DNA of 64,000 bases from Bacillota bacterium (GCA_023418475.1 JAEZZO010000072.1:147630-211629); one strand, 5' to 3'; counted from the stretch's first letter, positions 19,513-29,752 are shown. The notes: generated by a model from the sequence alone, not told the origin. A program made the numbers and translations.

Positions 19513-20325
19513 ATGAAGAATAGATATTGGAATGAGTTGCCGGGTCGATTGAAACATACGCTTACCCTTAGCCGTACAAAAGTTGCATTATATGCTGCAG
19601 CTGTATTATGGACAGCGGTTATAACACAGCTGATAATAAATCGAATGTTTCAGGAAGATATTCAGATAACAGAAGCATTTGTAAAATCAGATACAGAGGA
19701 TATGCAGAGCAGTCTTGAGATAGCAGCTGAATATAAAGGAGATTTTCTAAGTGAGGATGCTAAAAAGAATATCATCTATGATCTAGCAGATGCAATCGGC
19801 TTAGTAATAGATGATGATGTCACAATCCGGGAAGATAAAACCAGAAGTGAGTGCAGTTATTTCAAGCAGGCAAAGAAGGCATCGACAGAGCTTAAAGTGG
19901 TAAGCGTTGAGCAGAAGGAAAATACATCATCCACGGTAAAAAATTATATTATTGTAAGATTGAATGTAAAAGAAGGAATACAAAGTATAGATAAATTTAA
20001 AGTATTACTGGAAAAATCACTGAGTGATATAGGTGTTAAAAATCAACAGGTTACAATGAAATATGAAGGCAGCAGAAATGGCAATCTTACGAAGGCAAAA
20101 AAACAAGAAATAGCAAGAACACTGGTGAAGGACCTTCAGGGAGAGGTTGCATTGGAATACGATGAAGGTGATTTATATACAGTTTATGCTTATACCGGTA
20201 TGCTGAAGGAGTATGTTCAGTCAATGGGAAATAAAATAAATATACAAATAGCAATAACTTATAATGAATTAACGAATACAACAAAAATAACACTTGCCAC
20301 ACCAATGCTGAATGACAGCTGGTAA
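19513..20325 (+). CDS. YwmB-family protein (TBP-like fold, sporulation-associated)
   Basis: N-terminal TM; C-terminal VYAYT...KINIQIAITY...ITLATP pattern; upstream GTATA...GGATAAACTA resembles a sigmaF promoter. Confidence 0.7.
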   Translation: MKNRYWNELPGRLKHTLTLSRTKVALYAAAVLWTAVITQLIINRMFQEDIQITEAFVKSDTEDMQSSLEIAAEYKGDFLSEDAKKNIIYDLADAIGLVIDDDVTIREDKTRSECSYFKQAKKASTELKVVSVEQKENTSSTVKNYIIVRLNVKEGIQSIDKFKVLLEKSLSDIGVKNQQVTMKYEGSRNGNLTKAKKQEIARTLVKDLQGEVALEYDEGDLYTVYAYTGMLKEYVQSMGNKINIQIAITYNELTNTTKITLATPMLNDSW

Positions 20326-20337
20326 GACAATCTGAGA

Positions 20338-20380
20338 ACAGGGGAGTATAAACCGCTTCATTCGGTTAATACTCCCCTGT
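20338..20380. terminator. Hairpin between convergent genes
   Basis: ACAGGGGAGTAT...ATACTCCCCTGT inverted repeat. Confidence 0.7.
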
Positions 20381-20407
20381 AAAATACTTAGTTGTTCCTG
20401 GTTGCTG

Positions 20408-21955
20408 TCAGAACCAGCGTCTTTTACCGCGGTAGCGTCTTCTGCGGTTAAACATTTCATTTAATAATAAAATGGATACTAAATCGTGCAGATAATTATT
20501 TTGCTGTCTTGTCGGATAGAAATAGAGGCTGTTTGCTTCAACCTGTGGTTCTTCATCGAGATCTTTCATTTTTTCATAAATCCGGTCAATAATTCGCTCA
20601 AGATATACTTTATCAGGATATTCATCAAACATCACACTTCCGTCGTATTCCATCTGGTCGCACTCATTGTTTATCTCAGACTGAATGGTTTTTGCGGTAC
20701 CGGGATAAAGCTGTTTCATATATTCGATATCTCTGTCCAGTTCGGAACTGTTATCATAACCATATAACGGGAATAATGGAATTCCCATTGGAGCGGTATA
20801 CTGATTTTGATTAGGCAGATACATATTGGGAATACCCTGATAAGCGGGATAATTCATATTGGGCATTTCATTTGGCATAGCAGGATAATTATAGTAAGGA
20901 AAAATCATCTGTTGTGTATCAGAAGTCATGCCAGGAGTCATACCGGGCTGCATAGGAGCAGAGGGCTGCATGCCAGGAGTCATACCGGGCTGCATAGGAA
21001 CAGAGGGCTGCATGCCGGGAGTCATACCGGGTTGTATAGGAACAGCGGGCTGCATGCCAGAAGTCATACCAGGCTGCATATTCGTATTCATGTAGGACGG
21101 AAAATTATAATGCTGGTCAAAAGGAGATGCCTGTGCTGGCTGAGGCTCATAAACAAAAGGTAATTCCTGGCTGGTGGCTCCGGGCATTGCTTGATTTGTT
21201 TCTGCAGGGATGCCGGGAGTACTGCTTCTTGGGGTTGTTATAGAACCAGGGTTGAAAGGGACAGAAGCAGGGTTATGAGGAGGGACTGTCATAGGAGAAG
21301 GCGTTCCGGTTCTGGAGGGTATGGTACCTGTACCAGGAGTAGAAGGAGCGGCGCTTCCGGAAGGAGGTGTGCTTAGGCCAGGGATAAGGGTTGGTGTAAC
21401 AGGAGGTGTAGTGGTTTTGGCAGGAGAAGTTCCTGTAGCTGTGCCCGGTGTAACAGGAGGTGTAGTGGTTCTGGCAGGAGAAGTGCCGGTACCCGTGCTC
21501 GGTGTAACAGGAGGCGTAGTGGTTCTGGCAGGTGAATTACCCATACCCGGGGTGGTGCCTGTGCCAGGCGTCATGTAAGTAGTAGGTGAACCTGTTCTCG
21601 AGGGAACAGTACCGGTACCTGGAGTGAAAATAGAGGTAGAAGGAGTAGTGCCGGTACCGGAACCCGGAATGAAACCAGGTATAGAAGGAGCAGTACCGCT
21701 ACCGGAACCCGGAATGAAACCAGGAGCAGAAGGTGTATTACCGGAGCCTGGTGTGGCAGGCATTGTACTGGCAGAAGGCGTGTTTTGAGAATGGTTTGGC
21801 GCGGAAGGATTAGCAGGGCTATTTGCTGGCTGCTGCCCCGCAGTACCAGGCTGCGACGTATTAACCGGCGGCATCATACTCTGTGTATTAACATTATAAT
21901 TCGGCACTCTATAATTTCTTCCAGTGCCGTAACTTTTGCCAATTGTAAATGACAT
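20408..21955 (-). CDS. Pro/Thr/Gly/Met-rich repetitive protein with conserved-looking C-terminal domain (possible spore coat protein)
   Basis: RBS AGGAG before ATG at 21955; long low-complexity tandem repeats; acidic/basic globular C-terminus; upstream TCACA-N15-CATATATT is sigmaK-like. Confidence 0.7.
   Translation of the reverse strand: MSFTIGKSYGTGRNYRVPNYNVNTQSMMPPVNTSQPGTAGQQPANSPANPSAPNHSQNTPSASTMPATPGSGNTPSAPGFIPGSGSGTAPSIPGFIPGSGTGTTPSTSIFTPGTGTVPSRTGSPTTYMTPGTGTTPGMGNSPARTTTPPVTPSTGTGTSPARTTTPPVTPGTATGTSPAKTTTPPVTPTLIPGLSTPPSGSAAPSTPGTGTIPSRTGTPSPMTVPPHNPASVPFNPGSITTPRSSTPGIPAETNQAMPGATSQELPFVYEPQPAQASPFDQHYNFPSYMNTNMQPGMTSGMQPAVPIQPGMTPGMQPSVPMQPGMTPGMQPSAPMQPGMTPGMTSDTQQMIFPYYNYPAMPNEMPNMNYPAYQGIPNMYLPNQNQYTAPMGIPLFPLYGYDNSSELDRDIEYMKQLYPGTAKTIQSEINNECDQMEYDGSVMFDEYPDKVYLERIIDRIYEKMKDLDEEPQVEANSLYFYPTRQQNNYLHDLVSILLLNEMFNRRRRYRGKRRWF
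20927..21079 (-). repeat. 42-bp coding tandem repeat, about 3.6 copies (QPGMTPGMQPSVPM)
   Basis: CATGCC(A/G)G(G/A)AGTCATACC units start at 20927, 20969, 21011 and 21053. Confidence 0.9.
21393..21554 (-). repeat. 54-bp coding tandem repeat, 3 copies (..GTSPARTTTPPVTP)
   Basis: GGTGTAACAGGAGG(T/C)GTAGTGGTT units start at 21393, 21447 and 21501. Confidence 0.9.
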
Positions 21956-22144
21956 ATAAGTACTCCTAAGCTTTTTATAATTAATATATGCATTGTTTAA
22001 CAAAATGTGAAATCTGTCAGATATAATCTTAAGATAAAATTTATAATAATTAGGTTGTACTATCTGTCAAAAGACATTAAAATAGAAAAGAGCAAAGGTG
22101 AAACCTATTATTTCCCAAGGGTTTCGGTAAAATATAATGATTGG

Positions 22145-23365
22145 ATGAAGAAAATGGATCAAGTAATCAGGAAAACATTTGAAGAGTCTGTTAATAAGGA
22201 ATTAATCAGTGTTACTATCAGTAACTCTTCCGATCGAGAGAAAGCGGCAAAGATAAAAGTCAGACCTGTTATGCTTAAAGGTAAATTATATTATCAGGTA
22301 TCTGAATTTATAAATAATAAAGTATATCATAACAATTATATAGGAGAGGAGCTTTTGGATAAGCTCCCAGGCTGGTTTGAGGGGTTGTTTCATCAGGCTG
22401 AAATAGAAACGGCAAACCAAAGGATAACTATTTTGATCAGCAAAAAAGGAAAAGTTACAGTAATTCGCAAACCACTTGCACAAAATCCGGTAAACTGCCA
22501 AAAAGCAGGCACCTTACGAGATTCTGAAGAAGAGCAGGCTTTACAGCTGTCGCATAATAAACCCAAAAAATATATATTGAAGGAAATGATACCTCTTCCG
22601 TTTTTAATTGACCTTGGAGTAATGACGAAGGATGGTCTTGTAATAAAGGCGAAATCAGATAAATTTAAGCAGATTAACAGATTTTTAGAATATATTGAAG
22701 ATGTGTTGCCTGACCTTAATCAGGACAGGGAGATTACCATACTTGATTTTGGTTGTGGCAAATCCTACCTTACCTTTGCAATGTATTATTATTTGAAAAT
22801 TTTAAAAGGATACCAGATTACTATAATAGGCCTGGATTTAAAGGCAGATGTAATCGAAAACTGTAATAAATTGAGCGAAAAATATGGCTATGAGAAACTG
22901 CATTTTCTAGTGGGAGATATTGCTTCTTACCAGAGCAGCGGCACAGTGGATATGGTCGTAACTTTACATGCCTGTGATACGGCAACAGATTATGCACTTT
23001 TTAAAGCGGTATCCTGGAATGCGAAGGTAATTCTGTCAGTTCCCTGTTGTCAGCATGAATTAAACAGGCAGCTGCGGTGCAATACCTTAAATCCTGTGTT
23101 AAAATATGGTATAGTTAAGGAGCGTATGGCCGCTTTAATAACAGATGCTTTAAGAGCAGAGCTTCTGGAAACCAGGGGTTATCGGGTTCAGCTATTAGAA
23201 TTTATTGATATGGAGCATACACCGAAGAACATTTTAATACGAGCTGTTAAGAAAAAGGATGTTGTGCAAACGGTGGACAGTAATGCGAATGAATTGACAA
23301 ATTGCATGGATTTTCTTGGAGTAACACCATGCCTTAGGAAATTATTGGAAGAAAAAGTGGATTAA
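22145..23365 (+). CDS. Class I SAM-dependent methyltransferase (Methyltransf_32-like)
   Basis: LDFGCGKSYLTF, LHACDTATD, PCCQHE and HTPKN. Start uncertain (22145 or 22154). Confidence 0.85.
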   Translation: MKKMDQVIRKTFEESVNKELISVTISNSSDREKAAKIKVRPVMLKGKLYYQVSEFINNKVYHNNYIGEELLDKLPGWFEGLFHQAEIETANQRITILISKKGKVTVIRKPLAQNPVNCQKAGTLRDSEEEQALQLSHNKPKKYILKEMIPLPFLIDLGVMTKDGLVIKAKSDKFKQINRFLEYIEDVLPDLNQDREITILDFGCGKSYLTFAMYYYLKILKGYQITIIGLDLKADVIENCNKLSEKYGYEKLHFLVGDIASYQSSGTVDMVVTLHACDTATDYALFKAVSWNAKVILSVPCCQHELNRQLRCNTLNPVLKYGIVKERMAALITDALRAELLETRGYRVQLLEFIDMEHTPKNILIRAVKKKDVVQTVDSNANELTNCMDFLGVTPCLRKLLEEKVD

Positions 23366-23444
23366 GTATTTCTTACTGCTTTATCATTTTTAGGTTAAAT
23401 CCAGTTATGAATAGCTGCATCATAGATGCAGGATGGAGATTTAT

Positions 23445-25991
23445 ATGTTAAAACATATTTATAGGGTAATCATTTTAATGGCTATTTTCGTAGCTTCCCT
23501 TTTTTATTTCAGCAGAGATATCAAAGAGGTTGTCTTTCATATTAATAATACTACTACGATGAAGGATGCAACGTTTCCATTAATTTCGATAAAAACAGGT
23601 GATAATACAATTAATATGCTGCATGGATATAGTGGTAACATAGCGGCAAATAAGATCAGAGAGTCGGTTATTCCACTAGAGGACGACAAAGCCTTTGAGG
23701 TACGATTTAATAAAGAGGCACTGGATATAAAGAAGATGAATTATGAAGTGCGGGAATTTACCGGCAACCGTTTAATCGAAACAAACTCTGTCAGTGTATT
23801 TGAAGAAGATGGAGATATTCAGTCTGCTAAAATTAAATTGAATTCAAACCTTACAGAAGGAAAGGAATATGCTGTAAAATTCACTTTAATAACGGATAAA
23901 ACAGAGAAAATCTATTATTATCAGCGAATTAAATATTATCAGAAAACATATTTAACGGATAAATTGAACTTTGTAATGAATTTTCACCAATCAATTCTGG
24001 ATAAGGGAAAAGCAGAGGAGATTATTAAATATCTGGAGCCTTCCAGCAGTGCGGACAATTCATCCCTTGCTTATGTTAATATCCATTCCAGCTTTGATCT
24101 TATCTCCTGGAACGGATTAAAGCCGATTGCACTTACAGAAGTGGTTCCTGTAGTGAAAGAAATATATGTGGATACAGCATCCATTGAACTGGATTACTAT
24201 ATACAGGCAGAGGCTGCCGGTGTGAAAGAAGAATACCGGGTTACTGAATTTTACAGGGTACGATATTCTTACGACCGGATGTACCTGCTCAATTATGAGC
24301 GCCATATGGAATCGATTTTTGATATTAATTTAGCTAATATGGCTAAGAATGAGCTGAAATTGGGGATAACTAATAATCCTAAGGTCTCTTATAAAGCAGA
24401 TACAAAATCCTCTAAGCTGGCATTTGTCCGTGATGGAGAATTATGGTTCTATGATCTGGAGAACAATAAGGTCACAAGAGTGTTCTCATTTGAGCAGAAA
24501 AACAGGGACTATCTGAGAGATTTTTACGATCAGCATGATATCCGTATCTTAAATATGGATGCGGAGGGGAATATTAATTTCCTGGTTTATGGATATATGA
24601 ACAGGGGAGAGTACGAGGGAAAAGTGGCGGTCATCCTGTATCGCTTTATTCAGGCAGAAAACAGGATTGAGGAACTCGTTGATATCCCGACTGACGAACC
24701 GTATCAAAGCCTGAAAGAAAATTTGGGTGAACTTACTTATCTTAGTTCCAGGGATATTTTTTACCTTCATGTGTATGATACGATTTATGCGTATAATATT
24801 ACTACGCGGCAAATGTCTGTGATTGCTTCCAATATAACGAAGAAGCAAATTGTGGTATTAGATGATTTGAATTATATTGCATGGCAGGAAAATGCTGATC
24901 TGAAAGCTTCTAAAAACATTAAACTGATGAATCTTGAAACCGGTGAAACGCAGACAATCAGTGCCGGATCAGGATACAATATAAGATTATTGGATAAGAT
25001 AGATAATAATATTATATATGGTTTTGCTAAGGAAAAGGATATTACAGCTATGGTGGACGGAAGTATTATAGCACCTCTTTCCTCTGTTGAAATAGCATCT
25101 GTTGACAGGAAAATTCTAAAAAAATATAAGAAAAATAACTATTATGTAACAGGAATAGCAGTAAAAGATAATATTATAGAATTGTATCGTATAAAAAAGG
25201 TGCAGGAGGAGGGCAGCAGTACTTTTACTCCTGCAGCGAATGATCAGATAATGAATAAGGAAGAAATAAAGTCTTCGATAATCGGAACGGTTAAAGTTGC
25301 ACAAGAGCAGACAGGCACAGAATATTATATGACACTTCCGCCGGGATTTGCCATGAAGAAACTTCCAAAGGTAACCAATACGGTTCATACGGTTATAACA
25401 CAAGATCCTACGGTACGCCTAACGGATACCGTGAAGAAACAGATTTATTATTATCCTTATATTACAGGAGGGATAGAAGGGGTCTATGAAAATGCTGCGG
25501 ACGCAATTGCAGTAGCGAGGGACGGAATAGGCGTAGTACTCGATAGTAATCGGCAATTAGTATGGGAGCGGGGAGTAAAGGCAGATGCGTATACGATACC
25601 GCAATTTAAAAATATGAGCTGGAGTCCGTCTTCTGGTAAAACCATTACCGCATGCCTTAAGATGATATTGGATTATCAGGGCGTACCGGTAAGTGATAAA
25701 CAGTTAGGAAATGAAAGTAGTTCAGCCTATTATATGCTGAAAACTTATTCCAAATATGCACCGGTTCGTCTTACAGGTGCCGTTTTGGATGATGTACTGT
25801 ATTATGTTTCAAAAGGAAGACCGGTTCTGGCTATGACTGATAACAAACATGCAGTAATTATATATGGTTATGACACTTTTAATATTATGATTATTGATCC
25901 GGCGAAGAGTACTGCAGAAAAAATCGGAATACAAGACAGTACGGAATTGTTTGGTAATGCAGGTAATGTATTTTTATCTTATTTAGAATAA
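23445..25991 (+). CDS. Large membrane-anchored hypothetical protein with C-terminal C39-peptidase-like fold
   Basis: N-terminal TM; beta-rich middle; C-terminal ACLKMIL...GRPVLA...HAVIIYGYD. Confidence 0.6.
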   Translation: MLKHIYRVIILMAIFVASLFYFSRDIKEVVFHINNTTTMKDATFPLISIKTGDNTINMLHGYSGNIAANKIRESVIPLEDDKAFEVRFNKEALDIKKMNYEVREFTGNRLIETNSVSVFEEDGDIQSAKIKLNSNLTEGKEYAVKFTLITDKTEKIYYYQRIKYYQKTYLTDKLNFVMNFHQSILDKGKAEEIIKYLEPSSSADNSSLAYVNIHSSFDLISWNGLKPIALTEVVPVVKEIYVDTASIELDYYIQAEAAGVKEEYRVTEFYRVRYSYDRMYLLNYERHMESIFDINLANMAKNELKLGITNNPKVSYKADTKSSKLAFVRDGELWFYDLENNKVTRVFSFEQKNRDYLRDFYDQHDIRILNMDAEGNINFLVYGYMNRGEYEGKVAVILYRFIQAENRIEELVDIPTDEPYQSLKENLGELTYLSSRDIFYLHVYDTIYAYNITTRQMSVIASNITKKQIVVLDDLNYIAWQENADLKASKNIKLMNLETGETQTISAGSGYNIRLLDKIDNNIIYGFAKEKDITAMVDGSIIAPLSSVEIASVDRKILKKYKKNNYYVTGIAVKDNIIELYRIKKVQEEGSSTFTPAANDQIMNKEEIKSSIIGTVKVAQEQTGTEYYMTLPPGFAMKKLPKVTNTVHTVITQDPTVRLTDTVKKQIYYYPYITGGIEGVYENAADAIAVARDGIGVVLDSNRQLVWERGVKADAYTIPQFKNMSWSPSSGKTITACLKMILDYQGVPVSDKQLGNESSSAYYMLKTYSKYAPVRLTGAVLDDVLYYVSKGRPVLAMTDNKHAVIIYGYDTFNIMIIDPAKSTAEKIGIQDSTELFGNAGNVFLSYLE

Positions 25992-26072
25992 AAAATGATT
26001 TATCCGATAAAAACAGAAGTTATTTAAGAAATATAAATTGCGTATGTAACGTACGCAGGATGGAGGTAATAT

Positions 26073-27188
26073 ATGGATGAGAGAATTAAGGTGCTGGCGC
26101 ATAATCTGGTGAATTATTCGATGGAGGTAAAAAAGGATGATAAGGTTTATGTTCATTATATTGGAGCATCGACGCAGGATTTAGCCAGACAATTAGTAAA
26201 GGAAATCTATTTGGCAGGTGGTTTACCCTTTGTCCATTATACAGATGTTAGACTTCAGAGAGAAGTTTTATTAAACTGTACGAAGGAGCAGATGGCTTTA
26301 ATGGCAAAAATCGATGCAGCAGAGATGGAACAGATGGATTGTTATGTTGCAGTAAGAGGAGCTGAGAATGTATCTGAGCTGTCGGATGTTCCGTCTGAGA
26401 AAATGAGTATTTATGAAGCTTATTACCAGACACCGGTACATCATGATATCAGAGTTAAGAAAACCAGATGGGTAGTTCTGCGTTATCCGAATGCGGCAAT
26501 GTCTCAGCTGGCCAGTACAAGCATTGAGGATTTTGAGAATTTTTATTTTCGGGTATGTAATCTGGACTACTCAAAAATGGGAGTGGCAATGAAAAACCTG
26601 GTCGATTATATGGAACGCACCGACAGGGTAAGAATCGTCGGTCCAGGAACAGATCTTAGCTTCTCTATTAAAGATGTACCTGCCATTGCATGTGCCGGTG
26701 ATCGCAATATTCCTGACGGAGAGGTCTATACTGCTCCAATCCGGAATTCAGTAAATGGTACGCTGTCCTATAATACGCCTGCTGTATTCCAGGGCTTTAC
26801 TTTCGAGAACATATCCTTCCGTTTTGAGAATGGTAAGATTGTGGAAGCAGCTGCAAATGATACAAATAGAATTAATAAGATCCTAAATATCGATGATGGG
26901 GCACGCTATATCGGTGAATTTGCAATTGGTGTAAATCCCTATATTTTAAAGCCGATGAAGGATACTTTATTCGATGAAAAAATAATGGGATCCTTCCATT
27001 TTACACCCGGAAACTGTTATGAAGAAGCTCCGAATGGTAACTCCTCAGCAATCCATTGGGATCTGGTGTGCATTCAGACCTCTGAGTACGGCGGTGGAGA
27101 GATTTATTTTGATGATGTATTAATTCGTAAGGATGGCCGTTTTGTTGTAAAAGAATTGGAATGTTTAAACCCTGAGAATTTAATATAA
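26073..27188 (+). CDS. Aminopeptidase, M29 (AmpS/thermophilic metalloprotease) family
   Basis: NIPDGEVYTAP, GEFAIG, LFDEKI.GSFH and SAIHWD. Confidence 0.92.
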   Translation: MDERIKVLAHNLVNYSMEVKKDDKVYVHYIGASTQDLARQLVKEIYLAGGLPFVHYTDVRLQREVLLNCTKEQMALMAKIDAAEMEQMDCYVAVRGAENVSELSDVPSEKMSIYEAYYQTPVHHDIRVKKTRWVVLRYPNAAMSQLASTSIEDFENFYFRVCNLDYSKMGVAMKNLVDYMERTDRVRIVGPGTDLSFSIKDVPAIACAGDRNIPDGEVYTAPIRNSVNGTLSYNTPAVFQGFTFENISFRFENGKIVEAAANDTNRINKILNIDDGARYIGEFAIGVNPYILKPMKDTLFDEKIMGSFHFTPGNCYEEAPNGNSSAIHWDLVCIQTSEYGGGEIYFDDVLIRKDGRFVVKELECLNPENLI

Positions 27189-27196
27189 TAAGGTAC

Positions 27197-27376
27197 GAAT
27201 GTCAAAAGCCTAAAAATGATGTGCTGGATAAATATTAGCGCATATATATTCATCTGGCACAGACCGGGCGTCCTATGGTTGTTTGCATTTGGCAATTATA
27301 AGAGGTTAAAGGCAAGTCCAGATGAATATGTACGCACTCATATTCATCTACATAACCTGGATCAGGCTTTTATTAT
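27197..27376. repeat. Dispersed palindromic repeat family A, copy 2 (long form, reverse orientation)
   Basis: Left end GTCAAAAGCCTAAAAATGAT; two GAT(G/A)AATAT..ATATTCATC hairpins; right end CATAACCTGGATCAGGCTTTT. Confidence 0.8.
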
Positions 27377-27556
27377 ATAAACGCGCCGAGCGGTGCGAGT
27401 GTGCATCCGCCGGAGGCTGTCTAATTCTCATCTGGGTTTATATTAACCTAGGTGCTGAAAAATCAGTGTGAGAATTTGACACTCGAATCATAATAAAGTA
27501 TTGTTAAAGTCCACCGGAATATCATTTGCCGTTGGTGGGGGGCGAAAGGAGAAAGC

Positions 27557-28573
27557 ATGAAATTACTGACAGCAGTTATACCTTGCTACAATTCGGCAGC
27601 TTATATGGATCATGCCATTGACACTTTATTATCAGGCGGGGATGAGATGGAGATCATTATTGTAAATGATGGTTCCACTGACGATACGCAAAAAATTGCC
27701 GAGGATTATCAAAACAAATATCCTGGCATTATTAAGGTAATCAGCCAGGAAAATGGAGGACATGGTGAAGCTGTAAACACGGGTCTTGCAGCAGCGACCG
27801 GTTTTTACTTTAAGGTTGTTGACAGTGATGACTGGGTCAATGAAAGGGCACTTAACCAGGTAATGGAGGTGCTTGAGAATTTGATCGCGGATGGGAACAG
27901 TCCGGATTTATTTCTGGCCAATTATGTATATGAAAAGGTAGATGCAAAGAAGAAAAAGGTTATTAATTATAATTGGGCGCTGCCAAAGGATCGAATCTTT
28001 ACCTGGGATGAGATGATGCATTTTAAACAAAGTCAGAATATACTGATGCATTCCACCATATATCGTACAAAACTTCTCAAAAGCTGTGGAATTCACCTGC
28101 CCAAACATACCTTCTATGTGGATAACATTTTTGTTTATCAGCCGTTACCCTTTGTGAAGACCTTATATTATATGGATGTCAACTTATATCGCTACTTTAT
28201 TGGAAGAGTAGATCAATCAGTAAACGAACAGGTAATGATCAGACGAATTGACCAGCAGCTGAAGATTACGAAAATCATGATAGAATCCCATGATGTAATG
28301 CAGATCAAAAGTAAAAAGCTGCAGAATTACATGGTAAAATACCTGTCAATGATGATGACGGTAAGCAGTGTGTTCCTGATCAAGGAGGGAAGCGAAGAGA
28401 GCCTGATGAAAAAACAGGATCTTTGGGATTATCTTAGAAATTATGATAAGCGGCTATATAAGAAAATCAGATCGCAAATTCTTGGAAGGTCCATGAATCT
28501 TCCCGGTAAATTTGGCAGAAAGATTATAGAGACCGGATATGATATTTCAAGAAAAATCTATGGGTTTAATTAA
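27557..28573 (+). CDS. GT2 family glycosyltransferase
   Basis: IPCYN, VNDGSTD, NGGHG and VDSDD. Confidence 0.92.
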   Translation: MKLLTAVIPCYNSAAYMDHAIDTLLSGGDEMEIIIVNDGSTDDTQKIAEDYQNKYPGIIKVISQENGGHGEAVNTGLAAATGFYFKVVDSDDWVNERALNQVMEVLENLIADGNSPDLFLANYVYEKVDAKKKKVINYNWALPKDRIFTWDEMMHFKQSQNILMHSTIYRTKLLKSCGIHLPKHTFYVDNIFVYQPLPFVKTLYYMDVNLYRYFIGRVDQSVNEQVMIRRIDQQLKITKIMIESHDVMQIKSKKLQNYMVKYLSMMMTVSSVFLIKEGSEESLMKKQDLWDYLRNYDKRLYKKIRSQILGRSMNLPGKFGRKIIETGYDISRKIYGFN

Positions 28574-28575
28574 TA

Positions 28576-28620
28576 AAAAGGACATTTGCAAACAAGAAGC
28601 TTGCTTGCAAATGTCCTTTT
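28576..28620. terminator. Bidirectional intrinsic terminator
   Basis: AAAAGGACATTTGCAA...TTGCAAATGTCCTTTT between convergent genes. Confidence 0.85.
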
Positions 28621-28635
28621 ACTAGATAAGAAAAA

Positions 28636-29319
28636 CTAAATTTTAGATAATTCCTGTTTTGAACTTTTTGTGACCTTTTCCCAGGAAGGGATATAAACGA
28701 TAATATACAGAATAAGATTGAGTACCAAAGCCCCTAACACATCAAGTAAGGAATGCTGTTTCAAAAATACGGTAGATAAACAGATCATTATTGTTAAAAA
28801 TAGTACCGACCATTGCAGCCATTTGATTTTATGAAGTCGCTCACTCTTACTAATAGCAATACATGCACCCACAGAATTAAAAACATGAATGCTTGGAAAA
28901 ACATTTGTCGCCGTATCGATGCGATAAATTCCTGCCAGCATATCAATAAAGATATTACTTCTGCCCAAAGAATTCAAATCGACCCTTAGGTGATGTCCAT
29001 TTGGAAAGAAGGTATAGATAAACAGGCAGATTGTCATACCGGTGAATAGATAAGCACAACACTTATAATAATCCTGTTTGGAGGTCAAAAAGAAGTAGGC
29101 TACGGTAACAGCAATATAAACAAACCATAAAAAATAAGGTATAATAAAATATTCATTAAAAGGAATAAGATCATCCAAACTGGTATGAATAGAGGTGAAC
29201 TTTGTAGTTATAGTCCGTTCAAGATAGGTGAACCATGCCATATATATGAAAAAATAGGAAAGAATTAGTCCGTGCTTATATTTATCAAACAATTTTCGAA
29301 AAGTGTTTTTTTTCTTCAA
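28636..29319 (-). CDS. PAP2-superfamily membrane protein (phosphoesterase)
   Basis: Multiple TM helices; NVFPSIHV and STVFLKQHSLLD; TTG start. Confidence 0.82.
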   Translation of the reverse strand: MKKKNTFRKLFDKYKHGLILSYFFIYMAWFTYLERTITTKFTSIHTSLDDLIPFNEYFIIPYFLWFVYIAVTVAYFFLTSKQDYYKCCAYLFTGMTICLFIYTFFPNGHHLRVDLNSLGRSNIFIDMLAGIYRIDTATNVFPSIHVFNSVGACIAISKSERLHKIKWLQWSVLFLTIMICLSTVFLKQHSLLDVLGALVLNLILYIIVYIPSWEKVTKSSKQELSKI

Positions 29320-29752
29320 TTTCTCACAACCCTTCTATAATAGGTATGATTTAAAAAATCTGATCTGAGCTTCGTAAATTATAACATAGAATATATATGA
29401 TAACAATATAGATTAGGAATTTTATAATTGCTTCATATTTTATTTATATACCAAAAAAGTCAGATTTAGACATTGTATTACTTTACATATTCTTATGAAT
29501 AAAGAATGGACACATAATGAAAAAATAATTATAATACGTTATAGGGTTACCATTCACTTTGTTAATATTATATTATTGCATAATATTTGCATATTTTAAA
29601 GTCTTTTTCCTTAATCATTAAAAACGCTTTTTACAGCATTAGGATGAAAGAAGGAAAGAAATGTACTTTCAACCACTATTGTTTTGTACCTGTATAATTC
29701 CCGGTACATAACTTAAATGTGCAGAAAATGTGCGCAGAAATGGAGTATAAGA

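Noticed and set aside
20927..21554. CRISPR-like array
   Set aside because: The repeats are in-frame coding tandem repeats without unique spacers, and no cas genes are present.
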